A stretch of DNA of 63,990 bases, filler included, from Choristocarpus tenellus KU-1152 (GCA_964200185.2; 10 parts of 10 records of this genome joined end to end with filler, not necessarily neighbours in it), one strand, 5' to 3'; positions 39,169 to 53,841 are shown, numbered from the whole stretch's first letter. Translations and numbers: made by a program. Notes: generated by a model not told the origin, from the letters alone.

Positions 39169-40901
39169 GTACGTACATTCGATTCACTAATTGATGTACA
39201 CCTTTATGTGGTACCTCCATATTGTGAAATGACTAGTTGGATTTACAGATCGGATGTCTGGTTAAGCATGTTGAAATTGTAGTTAGAATATTTAATTAGG
39301 AGAAGTGTTACATTACTGACGTTGTAGGTGTAGATGTGCAGCTGATGATGTAGGGTCATTGACGATCTTCCGCAGTTAGATGCAGAATTCACGGACAGAT
39401 TGATTGCGATACATGGTAAACAACCCTTCAGAAATCAGACACTCGACATATAAATCGTTTATTTGTTCCCCTGATGTGCTGGGGGGTATGTTTGTGATTG
39501 AGTGCGTGTATAATAACATATTTTTTGTCACATTTTTGTGAGGACTATCCCGGCCCATGGTCAAGAGGTACTGAACCCACTTCACCACTCTTGTCTTGCT
39601 TTTTTTGCGTTGGGTTCAGTCGTCTCCTATCTCACTGCTCCTTTGCCTCCTCCCTCAAACCTTGTGCTGACCCCTCCCCGCCTTAGTGTTGCTTGGTATC
39701 AAGTCCTTGCCACACCTTGTTCAAGGTTTCCCACGATTTTGTGGTAAGCAAAGCACCGATCCATAGTGCTTGCCATATGGAGGTATGATAATTGATACCA
39801 TATCTTTTCAATAAGAGAGTCTGCCATGGATAGGGTTCAAGCCCGTGATTTCGATGGAGGGAGCACTATCCATGGACCACTGAGCTTCTCTATATATGGA
39901 AGGTGAGATGCCAATGTAGTATTTAAAGTATTGCAATGGAATCAACAAGGGGCAGGGGGTACATTAGGAAAGGGGTTGTCAAGACCTGTTTGAGATGGAA
40001 TTTATCTGTAACTGTACAAGTAACTATTTTGAGGTGGGTCATCACGCGTTCAAGCTGGATACACCAGGCCGGTGGCCAAGAAGGGATCTCACTGATTCTT
40101 GGGATTCCTCCCTTGCTCTTCGCCCACCTTAGTAGGGCTAGGACGGAAATAGTAGTGTGAACATTGGTTTATAGGGCACAATCCCCTAAGGGACCTTGTT
40201 GAATATTTAGTACAGCGTTAGCACGGCTTTTATATGGATAGCACAGTTGTATTAATAAGAATTTTGGACATGACCACTATTATGGTATAAGAATAAGTAT
40301 TTGTAGGCTTGATGATTGTCTTTTCCTCGCCTCTGACAGACCTACAAAATCTCAATGAGCATAAGAATACGATGTATATTACATGGAGGCCGATGAGTAA
40401 ATACCAAAAGCGGCCTTTAATATTATTTTATTTCAAGTATGCAGACGTCTCGGCATCAGTGAGACGCCCTTAGACATAGAGGAGATGATGCTGGAGAAGG
40501 GCGAGATGACAAAGTCAGCGGGGATAATAAAATACAGAGCAAACATTTTTATACGGAGTTCATGTTTTATTTATTACTATTAGGTTGTCTGACATTTTGA
40601 GATATGTCAAGGGGGGGGGGAAGCAGAGATCAAAACTGCATTGCAAGAATTGTGTATGGAAGTTTTCGGTGCTAAGATACCTCCGGAAAAAGTGTGCAAT
40701 TTAATAACTACGCTATGCATGTACAACACCGTCCTCAACGTAGAATGTTCTCTAGTAGTCAATGCTCACACTAATATGCTTCTATCCCAGCCGTATGAAG
40801 GTGAGTGAGCAGCTAGAGAAGCATCCCAGGACTCTCCCTGTCCCAACCCTTCTCGCTCACCTATCTGAAGTCTCAATATAGAAACTTGAAGTGCTTGTGG
40901 C

Positions 40902-41547
40902 TGTTACAGCATGCTCCAGAAGATTACCTCCACAGGATGTATAGCTCCAATCCACAAGCCCTATAGGTGACGCTGATTCTCGTACAAGGCTCCCAGGATA
41001 CTCCAACAATCAAGGCGGTCCAATCCACAGGTTAATGAACGTCAGCTTAGCAGAACAGGGGTACTCTTAATGAATCAATATGCACGAGTATGAGAATCGG
41101 TATCAGTGAGAGTGAGTCCAGGGGATGCTTGAGCCACTTGGGATCTGAGCTGTTATAGGATCTCTTATCACCATTTACCGTTTTGTTTCTGTGGTTTAAC
41201 ATACGTTGGAATACATCTAAGAACCGTTGGATCCAAAGTATCTGGGGAGTGGGGGAGGTCAACACCAGGGTGTCCATTTGGACCATAACTGGGAAAAGTG
41301 CACTTACAGTATCCATCCAACGTATGCAACCCAACCACACAAAAATCGCTACATGAAAAAATTGACCCCAAATGGACAGCCGCCACCCCCTCCCAGATAC
41401 TTTGGATCTTGCGACCTTCCCAAGTTACACATTTAATTCTTCAACTTTTAGCGAATCGGAGTTCCCCCTTTTGGGTTCCACTCATGCGTATACTGCTCGC
41501 ACCGGTTAAAGCGCAGGAAGAAATATCCACACTATTCGCCTGTAACA
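40902..41547 (-). mobile_element. TGT...ACA element, subfamily B1, interrupted by MITE D
   Basis: tgttacagc...cgcctgtaaca. Reverse homolog of 14104-14677 and 53842-54285. Confidence 0.82.
41230..41408. mobile_element. MITE family D nested in B1
   Basis: TIR gatccaaagtatctggg / cccagatactttggatc, flanked by TTG/TTG. Absent from the other B1 copies. Confidence 0.85.
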
Positions 41548-42025
41548 CCACACCTTGAAATATAGACACTTGGGCAGTGATGGAGACTTATCTGTCTGTC
41601 TCGAACGAGACTTGATATAGCATCTTTCCGACAATAACCCTCAACCCCTCTCCCCCCTACCACATAGGGGGCCAACTCCCCTTAGAAACACTATGCTCGT
41701 TTATGAAGGCGCCCAAAACTTTCCTTAGTGAAAGTGCGAAGTTTTAAAGAGTGAGGGTCAAAATATCCCTCGTCTTGGGCGCGCTTTCGCCTGTCACCTG
41801 GTTGGTTTACTTGGCGGTACGATATGACTAAGAGAGACCACGGATGATATATATGAATATCCCCCCTGACACATCTGCAAAATGTCAGAGGGCATAATAA
41901 TAATATATATATGAAAGTTCTTACATCGTTCACAGTATAATATTTTATTTTTACTCCCTCTGACATTTTGCAGATGCCTCAGGGAAACACCAAAAATATA
42001 TTACGACTACTGTAAATACAGCAAC

Positions 42026-42335
42026 TGTTACAGCGCGCCCCAGAAAGCTTACCTCCGCAGGATGTATAGCTCCAATCTACGGGCCTATATAGATGATACT
42101 AATGCACGTATAGGACTCCTGATGCACAAGTCGTCAAGTATGCCGGATCTCTCACTTGGATTATCATCAATATCATGGTATAAAAAGAAACTGACCAACG
42201 ATGTCTTATCACAATCGAGGACCATAATGGCCAAATAATAAATAAATAATCAAGGAGTACAAGTATATAAAATCTAGAACTTCAATGTCATAATGGTGTT
42301 TATGAAACCATTCCATCAAGACATCACCTGTAACA
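42026..42335 (+). mobile_element. TGT...ACA element, subfamily B2
   Basis: tgttacag...ctgtaaca with a CAAC/CAAC 4-bp TSD. Confidence 0.87.
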
Positions 42336-42454
42336 CAACAGTTGCCGTCAACGCTACGATACCTCTCTCTGAAAAATATGTACTTTTTGAAACCCACAAA
42401 AAAACAATGTCCCAACCTAGCCCTATAAAGGTAAGCGAGAAGTTAGGGAAGCAT

Positions 42455-42713
42455 GGGGCAAACCAATTGAGAGGTAGGCAGGTTTGGACCCCATTGCATT
42501 CTAAGCCATTTTTCTTACCCTGTGCAATACACTCTATCTCATTGCTTTATGACCACGATAGTGCACGCAAAATCAGCATATCCCCTCTCCACGCGCAAAG
42601 TGACACTGCAATTTAGCAAAGGTTCTTTCTGCAATTGCAGGAAACTATGCCTCTTTGCTCTCTGTGCAGATCTTTAAAATGCAACCCTACCTACCTCTCC
42701 ATTGGTTTGGCTC
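42455..42713 (+). mobile_element. MITE family C
   Basis: ggggcaaaccaattgagaggtagg...cctacctctccattggtttggctc. Flanks CAT/CAC. Confidence 0.85.
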
Positions 42714-43265
42714 CACCCCGAGAATCTGTCAGGTCTCTTCTTGCCCACCAGCCTGGTGTCCCTAGCGTTAAATGCGTTACGAGTCTCAAGAGAGCAACTT
42801 GTGCTGCCACGGACCCTACTATATGGCTCAACATGACTCGACAGTCCCTCTCCTGCAACATCCCCCACCTCCCCCCCCTACTGTATGAGTGGCCTACTCG
42901 TCCAATAAACTCTCTGTTTCCTTACCAAGGCGTCCAAAACTTTTGGCATCAAAGGTGTTGAAATAAAACTATATTGAAGAATTAAACGATCCCTCAATGT
43001 GGGTCAGGTTTCGCGCCTTGGCTGCAGCAGCACCTAAATCATTGTGGGTAGATGAGTGTTGTACGTGAGAGGGTCTTTGCGAAAACAACATTCAGAAAGA
43101 GGTCTTTGTCAGGGTAGTGAGATGAACCACTGTCTGAATGCTATCCCGAATGGAAAATCACATTCATGTCGTAGTTGCTGTGTACTCTCCTGTCCAAAAC
43201 GTGTTATATCGTTCCTTTAACCGCTGATTTCATTGTCGTGTCGATGGAAAGGGAGAAAAAAGGAG

Positions 43266-43300
<35 letters not shown>

Positions 43301-45180
43301 GTTTATTATTATGCCTTCTGACATTTTACAGACGTGTGATAATAATATGCAAAATATTAGAGGGCATAATATTAAAATCATATTTTAGTTGGCAGATTGG
43401 AATGTGGGAACCTTCCAATATAAGATCCCAATATCCGAATTTAAACTACTTTTATTGTGTTGTTTTGAGGTCAGGTATGGTGATGTTTTTATTTTGTTGA
43501 ATGATTTCTCACAATCGTGGAAAGAACTGGCAGGAAGTACAAAAGTGTTTGAACTGTGAGAGTGATAATTGTTGTGAAATGGAGCGGAGCATAATTATTT
43601 ATAAAAATCGAACTACCCATTTTGGGATAAAGGGAGTCTCAAGAACAGATCCACTTTGAGATCTCCGATACATTGATATGAAATACTGTATTAAGTAATG
43701 CTCATTACCGCTACACCTTCCACCATTCACATCATTGAAGGCGATCTGTCGTGGGCTAGACGCACGACCAGCTCGCAGTAACCCGAAATTAGGGGTGGTT
43801 TCAAACCAGCAAAGTCGTGGATTTGTGTGTTTTTCTGTTCTGGCTGATCGGAACCAACCACAACACGGATTGATCAGCATCGTACTCTGATACTCTCTCC
43901 CCCCCCCCCCCCCCCCCCCCCCTCCCCCTCCAGCAATGTGGAGGTTAGCGGAGANNNNNNNNNNNNNNNNNNNNNNNNNNNNNNNNNNNNNNNNNNNNTT
44001 AATTAATTAANNNNNNNNNNNNNNNNNNNNNNNNNNNNNNNNNNNNNNNNNNNNCCTCCCTCCCCTTCTCCCTTGCCCCCTGACCCCAACAGCCACAGTG
44101 ACTTATGACATGGTAACAGGGCCTTCTTACCCCTGAAAAACTCCCACTTCAATTAGCTGAACCAAAAGCACATACCATCTAAATGACGTCTGCACAGAAC
44201 ACATTCCACTCCAATCCCTTGCCCACCCCACCCCCTCATTCTGCTCATGATTTGTGCTTCTAGCTACCACTACCACAAAACTCATATTTTCTTCCAGTTA
44301 CATATTCACAACCTAAATAACTCCAGTCCCCCTCCCAAACAATACGGAACCCAACAACTAAACCGCCACATACACCCAGCAGCACCCACCCCTTGCATCC
44401 ATACAAAATCATACACAGTCTATGTAACTGCTGTGTATGAAAAGTACTCAACACACACCACCCACAGCAATCCCCAGCTTTTAGGTAGGTACCATAGGTT
44501 GAGGAAGGATTGAGGAAACATCACACCAGCCCTTATGTCATAGTAATGGAATTTACATAAGCAAAAATTCAATCCCTTTCCCCCCAATCACAAAAGAGAA
44601 CTCTGCCAAAGTCAAAGCATACACCAAAAACACAGGTCGGTCATGACTTCCCAACCCCCACACCCCCCCCCCCCCCCACCCNNNNNNNNNNACAAAAAAA
44701 AACCCTCCCCAACAAAAAAACAACACCAAAAAACCCGGGCGGGCATGGCTCCCCCCCCCCCCCCCCTCCCCCCCGGACATAATTCCCCTGAAGCCTTCTA
44801 ATATATTGCCCAGTCACACCTGAGCTACGTAATGACAACACCAGCTAGCTCTGAATGTACGACCTCCTCCACTCCCCCTCATTCCCACTGCCTAGCATTG
44901 TCTAGATTCAAACGCGAGCACCTCAAAATAGGAGTGTACGAAATGATCCAGAGGAGTGCGGGCAGCAGTGTTTTAGTCATCCAATACTCAAAGACAACAA
45001 GACAGTAACTTGAGTACGGCAGTTATCATTAGCACCCAATACCATTCAATTGACCCTTCCCAATCACACACACATGCCCATGCATGCACGCAATCACAAA
45101 AGGGTAGAATGGACACAGATGTCACTAGCAGGTCGAACAGATGTCTCGCGTGTGCAACAAAACCCCCCTCCATCTTCCTA

Positions 45181-48100
45181 TTATTCCCTGTGACGATTCC
45201 ACATATACAGTGCTGTGAATATGCCCAACACCAGAAACACCGAGCTGCACGTAGAGCTCAGGAAAAGCGGACCCCTCCCACCGAGGTCAAACAATCTCCG
45301 AGCGCCCAACTCTCGGCGGCGGGGGGTTGGCCCGCAAACTGCATCACTGCTCATGACAACCTGGCAGGCCTCAGCCAGACGCTGAGACAGGGAGCGGCTC
45401 TTGAACATAGCCACTCGTCGATCCTGGCCACCTGTCCCACTGCCAAGACTGAGAGCCGAGGGAAGCCAAAAGCTTAGGCGTCGGTAGTGAGCCAGGGTAG
45501 TGTTCCCCTCCTTCGGTGGTTCTCCACACCGGCGAAGTAGTCCCGCCCGCTGACGCGAAGTCAACTGAAGGACAAACCTGACAAATATATTTGGGTGGAA
45601 TCATATTGCAGTGGGGGGGGGGGGGGGGGGGGGGCGGGTTAAAAATATTTATGCTCAAAAAAGGATCACTTTCATGGTGCAGTCAGAACAGTGTTGCACA
45701 GAGCTTAGGTGCATGCCACTACTATACATGGTGAATGATGACAAACGCTTGTCGTTGATCCCATAAACCCACTCTTGATTCAGTGCACCCGTGGCTACAG
45801 GTAGACAAAAGAGTGAGAAGAGATAAACACTATTCTCGTGTAAGTATTGCTGTGATAAGAAAGATCAAGTGATCAATGATGTTGTTACTTCATGATCCAT
45901 GAACTCGGTATCTTCCATGAACTGTCCTTAGACAAAGTTGCACCAAATACACATGTATGTATAATGCATAAAATTCCACAACACAGTCCACATGGACAAC
46001 TCTACAATCCACTCAATACGTCCCAAGTAACAATTGCTGGGTGCAGCAACTACCACCCGGTCCCAACTTCCTGTACACCTCATTAACAAGTCTCATCGAC
46101 ATGGGAATCAGCCAGCCCAGTGAGTAACCTACCCTGTCCCCGGAAACGGTGTCAATTCCTCCTACTGTACTCACAAAACTCTGGTTGCCCAGTTGCATAC
46201 ACACTTCGGATGTGTCTACTACATCCCAAGGTACTCACTCACCCACGTGAGGGATTGCAGCAGTAACTGCCAAGGTCTCAAAGTAGTCAACACCAGCTAC
46301 AGAACAAAACTATATTACAGCGTAATCAATTAGAGTTGTTCAAATACACAAAAGAGGGATAGGAAATATTTCCCATTCATTTCAGATTAGCAGCAAGCAT
46401 CACTCACTCAACACCGTAACCCCGTGAAAGAGACCCGGACCCTTTCACAGTAAGGGCTGTCCTTGTCTCTTGTAGGCAAAAAAAACCCCAAACTATTCTT
46501 GACCCTTTTCACCATTTCACTGCGTGTTGTTAAGGTAGCACGCACTTAGTTCGGTCATATTTCCTATGATTATGTCCACAATATGTTAAAAAGTCAACGC
46601 TTCCTTCACACTATCGCTTGGTAAAAAAGGTCAGCATTTCTCTCTTCCCGAAAAGATTTAAGGAGAACCTTTTCCAAGTAGAAGGACTCAGACCCTTTGA
46701 CAATAAGGAAATATTTCAGTAAGTATAAGTATAAGTGTAAGTATAAGTATCTATGGGGTGAGAAATACTCCCACACTACAAAAAAAAAAAGGTCGTAAAT
46801 CGCCACGGGAGGTATGATCCAAACATGGATAGGGTAACCCCTGAGCAGGGCACAGCCCATTGAAAAAATGAAGGTGACTTAGGGCCAACCCCAGGTACTT
46901 GTCTTGTCTTCAAGACTGTGGTACTCAAATTCGAAGTCGATGGGAAGAGCCCAAGTCAAAGGCAACACCTTATCTAGCCCCACGATCACTTCACCCAACC
47001 CCGTTGTACAATTTGCTTCCTGATAAAAAAAAATGAGATGGGAGAGGTTTGGTACACCTCTCTGCAGTAGACCACTGGGGCTCATGAGCTCACAAAAAAT
47101 AGATGCATCCTTCACATTATAGTCTCAATGAAAGAGTCATCCTCAGTTTTCTGGAATGGTGAGCCTTGACACAATTTCCTGGCCATCCTCCATTCCTTCT
47201 TCTCCCGTTCAACCAAGTGTGAGGTGAAGTGCACTAAAGAAGTGCACTAAAGAAGTGCACTAAACCGTGCATATTCAACACTAAGTAACACCATATATTG
47301 ACCAGGTGACACACTCCCACATCCATGACAGGTATCACTTGATTCTCACTTAACCCTCCCATCCTTAATAGGTGCCCAATCCACAACATGTTCTAGCAGG
47401 TTGGTTAACCTGAGGTCAGCCCAAATGTCCTTCACCTTACCAATTGAGTTTCCCAATATCGACAATTGAATATTGGTAAGCGTTGACTTCCCTCAGTCTT
47501 GAAACTTAATATCATCCTTCCAGAAATATATCCCAACCACATCTTGCGTAATGAAATAAAACAATGCTGAGGGAACCTCTGTTTCACATGCACATGCACA
47601 CACACAATAAAAAAAAATCAGTTAAAATGTGTGTCAATACTTAAATAGTAGCACAAGAAAAAAAAAATAGCCTGAAAATTATCCTACTCGATAAATTAAA
47701 ACTTTGATCCTAATATAACCAATCAGACTACTTTTAAGGCTTCTTTAGCAATATATCGTATCACAATTTTACTACCAACTAGGTAGATCCAGCTCCTTTG
47801 CCTTGAATCAAAGCACCATCTAAAACATGTGAAATCATACCGGTACTGCTATTGCCATGAACTGTAACCTTGCACACAAAATCACCACCTACTCTTGACC
47901 CTACCATTACGGGGTCACTACTTCAGCACTCCCCAATAGTCTCAAAATGCACACACTAACAAGTACAGCATTAACGATGACTTGGTAGCAATGACACAAA
48001 AGGTTTACTCGTTTTGGAACAGCGTCCAAAAGAGGGGGTCTTTGTTGAGGCTGAACTGCACAGACTGATAGGAAAATTCCCAGCATTTTCCACTGTACAC

Positions 48101-50988
48101 AAGAGATAAAACAGCCGGTGGATCAGTATGACAGAAAAACAACACAAGCCATGGGTATCAGATATTAAACATAAAATGTCACTGACTCCTAGCGCACAGT
48201 TGACTCAACTGCACATCCCTATTTTAACACTGCAACTGCCTTTCACTGTACAATTACGTTTAGATTTAAATGTGCATGTTATTGTCACATACAGTTACAT
48301 GGTTGGAAAGAACCGTTAGATGGCCTGGTTTCCCAATGTACACTGTGCCTCAAGCAGGGATCAAAGACTCGTTGGCAAAGTGATGAGGCTACTAGACTGC
48401 GCATTATACACACAAAAGGTGACCTGCCCCTAGAACTCCCCTCCCTGATACATGTAAACATGAAACAGAATATACCATACAGACTGCTGTTACGCCTCAA
48501 CGCTGTTTCTACCCCAAATATGAACAGATCAACCACAACAAATATATGCCCTTGTGTGTATGTTCTAGTCACAATTATTACAGTTACAGTATCGTATAGT
48601 CACAGCAACAGTACTTGTATTTCACATTTTCAAATCAACTACACTCAACAGTGTCTTGAACTTACAATTTCAGTAACTTCAACCTACTTCTTAGGGGGGT
48701 GGGGATGATGACCCAACCCAGGAAATTCCCATTTTCGCCAACTAAACTATTGGGGGTCGGCAGGGACAGATGGTATGACATAACATCACATAGTATGTCA
48801 CAATTGTGTACGGTACCAAGATCTAACCAAAACAACATAAAAAAAGTTCTTGCATGGCCATATTTGACCCTATGCATCAATGACTACAAAAATACTACCA
48901 CCTAACTAACTCTGATATGTAACATGTTTTAATCAAAATATTTAAATTGGCGGGCTGCCAACTACTCTGAAAATTCCCCACTTCCCATAGTCTTGTAAAT
49001 CAGTAGTCAATGGATCGGTTTCATGCTATTAAAACAACTCTACTACCCCAAACGGCCCAGGTAATTCCACATAGATCAACAGATTTTTTTAGTTATGCCC
49101 TTCCGCCACCTGAAATGAATCCCTAATCAAAACAATGAATCATAGCAACAACAACAGCAATAGTTAATAATAATAATATATTAGGAGCTTTCACTATACA
49201 TGAAGGTTTGGATATTAAACTCTCCAAGTCCCTTCAACCTGTCTGTCATGTCATACTGTCCTCCTTCCATTCCATCTATTTGAAGAATTTCATCAAGAAA
49301 ACAAGAAAATAATGTTTTGTATTTTCTACCTCAAACTTTTTCTAAGAATTCATGGGACTCACTGTCATACATACTAAATAGAGTCGATTTTTCTGCTGCC
49401 TCTTTCTGCCCCAGTCGGAAACCCAGCAAAACCCAACACTGATCTTGTCAAGTAGTGCTCACAATCGTGTGCATTAAAAATATGGCACATGGGCTTCAAT
49501 AGTTCTGCAAAAAAACAGGGTTAGAGATAGGTTCTTCAACAGGCAATCAATGCTACTGTGAAATACAACTGGACAGCACTGCCGCAAGCAACAACAGTTT
49601 CAAAACGAAATGAAACATATTCACTCATGCTCCCCACAATAAGAGTCCGGCATTAAGCATCTTACCAGTTTCTTCAGCAGGTCAATACCAACCTCTTTAT
49701 ATTCCCATAATCTTGTCCTATGGCAACATCAGGCCAGTTGTTTCTGCCAAATTACAAGGCAAAAATAACTTGATCAATCATCAAAACCTTTCCCAGGCAT
49801 GAAGTTACGATCCAACCAAGGCCGGGCAAGCCTGACCAATTCCCCCTTAGTGAGTAGTCATTACACCTTGCCTAAGTCATCAATCTTACCACTTCCCTTT
49901 CTAAGCGGGGGAAAAAGAAAACATCTAGTACAAATACAAATACAAATACAAATACAACATCTCAACAGTGCCGTACAGCAGTAACCTACCAGAAAAAAGT
50001 TCAAACAAGTTCTAGACACATAACTGTGCACTTCACACACAAAAAAGAACACAAAAAAAAGATAGGAAAGAAACTCACGATCCAACAAGCCCTGCAGTCC
50101 GGTCTGCTAGTTCCCGGAGATCCTCAGACAGCACATCTTCTGCCCTGCGGCCACCTGCCCCAGACCCAACACCTGCTGCTTCATCATCATCCTCAAAGGG
50201 GGTCACCCTAGCATAGTGAAGACCTTGTGTTCCCTCTTCCACCTCAAGGCTACCAGATACAGCGCACCGCCCCACTCCCCTACAGCTGACCAGGTACTGC
50301 CCGCCACCCATCATACGTGCATCATCAATCTGGTGTTATATGCACACCCACATAATTTCATATATATATATATATGCAGCATTTACATGTTGAAAAGCAG
50401 ATTGTAAGATATTAGTAAGTAGCTATCTAGAGATAGAAATAGGTCTAGGGGGGTCATGAACAAACTGGAAGATGGGGAGGGGATGGGGGTGACGTGGGGC
50501 GGTACCTATGGAGATGTTCCATAGCTATCTTCATGCCATGTATGTATAGATATACGTATAACTTTTGTGTAAGTATACCCTTTGCAGTCAGGGCATATAT
50601 GTCACAATAGCTGCCAATTGGCAATATAGAAATGAATCAATGCTGACAAGTGCATCTCTAAAGAAGCACCTTTGACTTTCACCCAATCAAACCATTGAAA
50701 ATGTTACTGGAGCAAAAGAAAATTTAAAAAACTTCCACAAGGGAAAAAAAATTATCTAGTCCTTTTTTTGTATTGATTACAATTAATAATAAATACAACC
50801 ATATTTTAACTGTTACAGATACCATTAGTTGTGACAAAACAGGGCACACACACAAGAGGCCAACATCACCAAATGCACAAAGACCAACCTGTACCACAGC
50901 TCCCACAGACCCTGTACCCGGTGTGCGCTCCCGAAACACTGCGAAACGCCGTGTCCCAGACAGGCATCGGTTGATCATAGTGATATAC
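45181..50988 (-). CDS. LON peptidase N-terminal (substrate-binding, PUA-like) domain protein with a C-terminal hydrophobic tail; 5' partial
   Basis: Exons 50988-50889, 50329-50079 and 45577-45181 are phase-compatible. RYITMINRCLSGTRRFAV..VGAVVQIDDARMMGGGQYLVSCRGVGR..GLHYARVTPFED..LSFWLPSAL..RVAMFKSRSLSQRL matches the LON-N pattern. Confidence 0.8.
47226..47264. repeat. 13-bp minisatellite, 3 copies
   Basis: gaagtgcactaaa repeated three times. Confidence 0.9.
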
Positions 50989-50998
50989 CTGTAGCCAT

Positions 50999-51036
<38 letters not shown>

Positions 51037-52108
51037 TTAGCTATTCTTGTTCAGAGAGAATGGGCCTGGGGTAAAAGAACTACGTATAGCCAGGGAGAGT
51101 TCGGGGGGGTTTCATTTGCGGGAGGGGGGGGGGGGGGGGGGGAAGGGGGGTCTAAATGCTCAACCAGGAAGACAAAAATCTGGAGTAACACCATTCAGAA
51201 CAAAAGAAAATTCAAGGGTTGCTAGGGTCAATTCAGTCAATATCTGGCAGTGACGGTCTAAAACCAAGTGGTTTTTACAAAGATCGTTGTTTTTGACAGG
51301 GTCAAGAAGTCCTGTTACTTGTGTTCTGAAATATGCTACAATCAACCATGTCAAAACACCATCAAATACAAAGCAGAAGGTCAACATTCTCATGTATAGC
51401 CTGCATACACGTATACACTTGTGGACGTGCTCTTACCTCAGCCAGTCCATTGGCAGAAGGGAACACAATGCAACCGATCTGTTTGGTATCGCAATGAAAC
51501 TGTGGTAATAGCTGGCACCTTGTGGCTAACACAAGGTCCAACTTGACTCATATTCCACAAGAACCTGACTATGTATGTACATGCTATCACAGTCTAGAGC
51601 ATTTGCTTGTCTTATAGAAGAAATCTTCCAAAACAAGCTTGCATTAGTTATCACTCAATAGGTCTTTGGTTATCAAACATCCACATCCATAACCTAGTTC
51701 GGAATAGGGTTAATAACAGCCTTTTCCACAACAGAGTGACGGAATCAATAGTTGCTAACACCTTGCAAAAAAATGGGTCACATTCTGCGTCAAAAAGTGG
51801 AGCTGGGGGAGATAGGGGTGCTGGGGGGNNNNNNNNNNNNNNNNNNNNNNNNNNNNNNNNNNNNNNNNNNNNTTAATTAATTAANNNNNNNNNNNNNNNN
51901 NNNNNNNNNNNNNNNNNNNNNNNNNNNNAGCAAAAAAAGAGTTGTTTGACCGAAACGGACCCCCCCTCACAAACCACCCCCCCCCCCCAAACCCAGAACA
52001 TACAGTGCTAGATAATGAAAACTTGACAAGCAAGTTGCTCCAGATCAACCAAAGTTATCGCTCAGCATATTTTTCATGTAAGGCCTGGGGAGAATTTGCT
52101 TGACCATT

Positions 52109-52362
52109 GAGTCAAAACGTCTGAGAGGTAGGCTGGGTTACATTTTAAGGATCCCCTGAAAGATTAAAAAATGCGACATTTGTACAATTGCAGAAAGAGC
52201 CTTCGTTGTGGTGTCATTTTGTGTGTTGAAGTGGGGAATACCAATTTTGTGTGCACTATTGTGCTCATTAATCATTGAAATAGAATGTATTGCACAGGGT
52301 AAGAAATATGGCTTAGAATGCAATAGGTTCCAGATCTGGTTAAGTTTCAATTGGTTTGGCTC
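52109..52362 (-). mobile_element. MITE family C
   Basis: gagtcaaaacgtctgagaggtagg...tcaattggtttggctc. No clear TSD. Confidence 0.82.
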
Positions 52363-53841
52363 GCTATTATTGGTTAAAGCACTGCCTGCTATATATGACA
52401 GGGTGATATCGTGATACATTGCAGTAAACGTACGCTTCTCGGTACTTCCTACACAACGGTAATGTCTTGGACGTTGCGGGCTGGTCCGACGCCCGTCTTG
52501 TCAGCTGGTCCAGTCAGCTGCAGGTCTCGTGAAAAGCCTTGCCCCCGTTCGTGATATCTTGTACAAAATACCAGTGAACTTGAAACGATTTAGGGATAAA
52601 TCATTGAGAATACAATGAAATGCAACAACACAGTGTATATTGCTCACAGCAAAGATCTTCCAATACACGTCCAGTAGTTGTAGTATCAATATAATACTTG
52701 GAAACAATAAAATATCTAAATCCATATTAAAAGGTCAGTGGGCGTAGGATAATTCTCCAGAGTACTTCGAAGCGTTACTACTAGTATAATACGTGCTGCG
52801 AGCTAGATATATTACAACAGACATGGCTACTACCTAGGAATAGGGGAAGAATCCTACGAGCCAGACAAGCCTTGGCTCACCTACCAGCCCGTATTCCCCA
52901 GGTTGGATTTCTTACATTGTTTGGTGCCTGCTGACATTTTTGTAGGGAGCGAGCAATAAGGTTGTGGTTGTTTGTCATAGTGTGGGTAGAAGGGAAAGCG
53001 AAAGGTAATATGCTGGGTAAAGTAGTTTTTGATATTTATAGCGCAGGGTAGAGGACTCAACAAACAACACGGCATATTTGTATTGCTTACAACCAAAACT
53101 TTTCTGTTCTGTACAGTAGAGGAACATAACTTTTCCCTTTGGACAATGTAACACTTACATAACACTCTTTGCTCATCACACAGAAAGTTTTCTTCGTAAC
53201 ATCCAGCTTAAATAGGACTTCAAAGTAGATGTTTTGCATAAATATGAGCTATACATGTTCCAGACTTAGTGTTACCAGGCATCAAGACATTAATCGTGAC
53301 ATTATTTGTATGTTTTAACCTGGAGCGTTACCATTCTATACATACTATTAGTAGGGCACAGTACTTGTATTGGCATAGCATAGTACTGAGTATTATGTTA
53401 CATGGTACAATAATTTAATTTTGATTTGGAGTATTTCTTGATACAGGTACTGATGATGGTGGTATTCTTGCACACCTATATTGGGAAGACATAAAGTAGA
53501 AGACTATTTTCTTCATAATACAATGTTGACACTTTGCTAAATCCCTTGGACATACGCAATATGCCTTAGACTTGATGGTCGAGTGCCATGCACGTGGGAG
53601 GCGCCTCTGGTAGGTGACCCAACCCCTTGTCAAGCGAGCCAAAAATAAGTGTGGGAACCACATGGTGAATATGTCCATTAAAGTGCCCTGACTTGCACCT
53701 GTCATCCTTCACTTCACACACGAAATTGTTGAAACGTTCGGTCAATGTGTCGCAAAACTGAAGAAAAAGATAGGGGACGACTCCCTCAACCATAATACCC
53801 CTCCCTATTAAGAGAGCACATAATTATGGCTCTAGTGTTAC

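Noticed and set aside
40430-40760. Coding-looking fragments (CRRLGISETPLDIEEM; EIKTALQELCMEVFG)
   Set aside because: No consistent frame or splice structure and no family recognised. Possibly pseudogene or TE debris.
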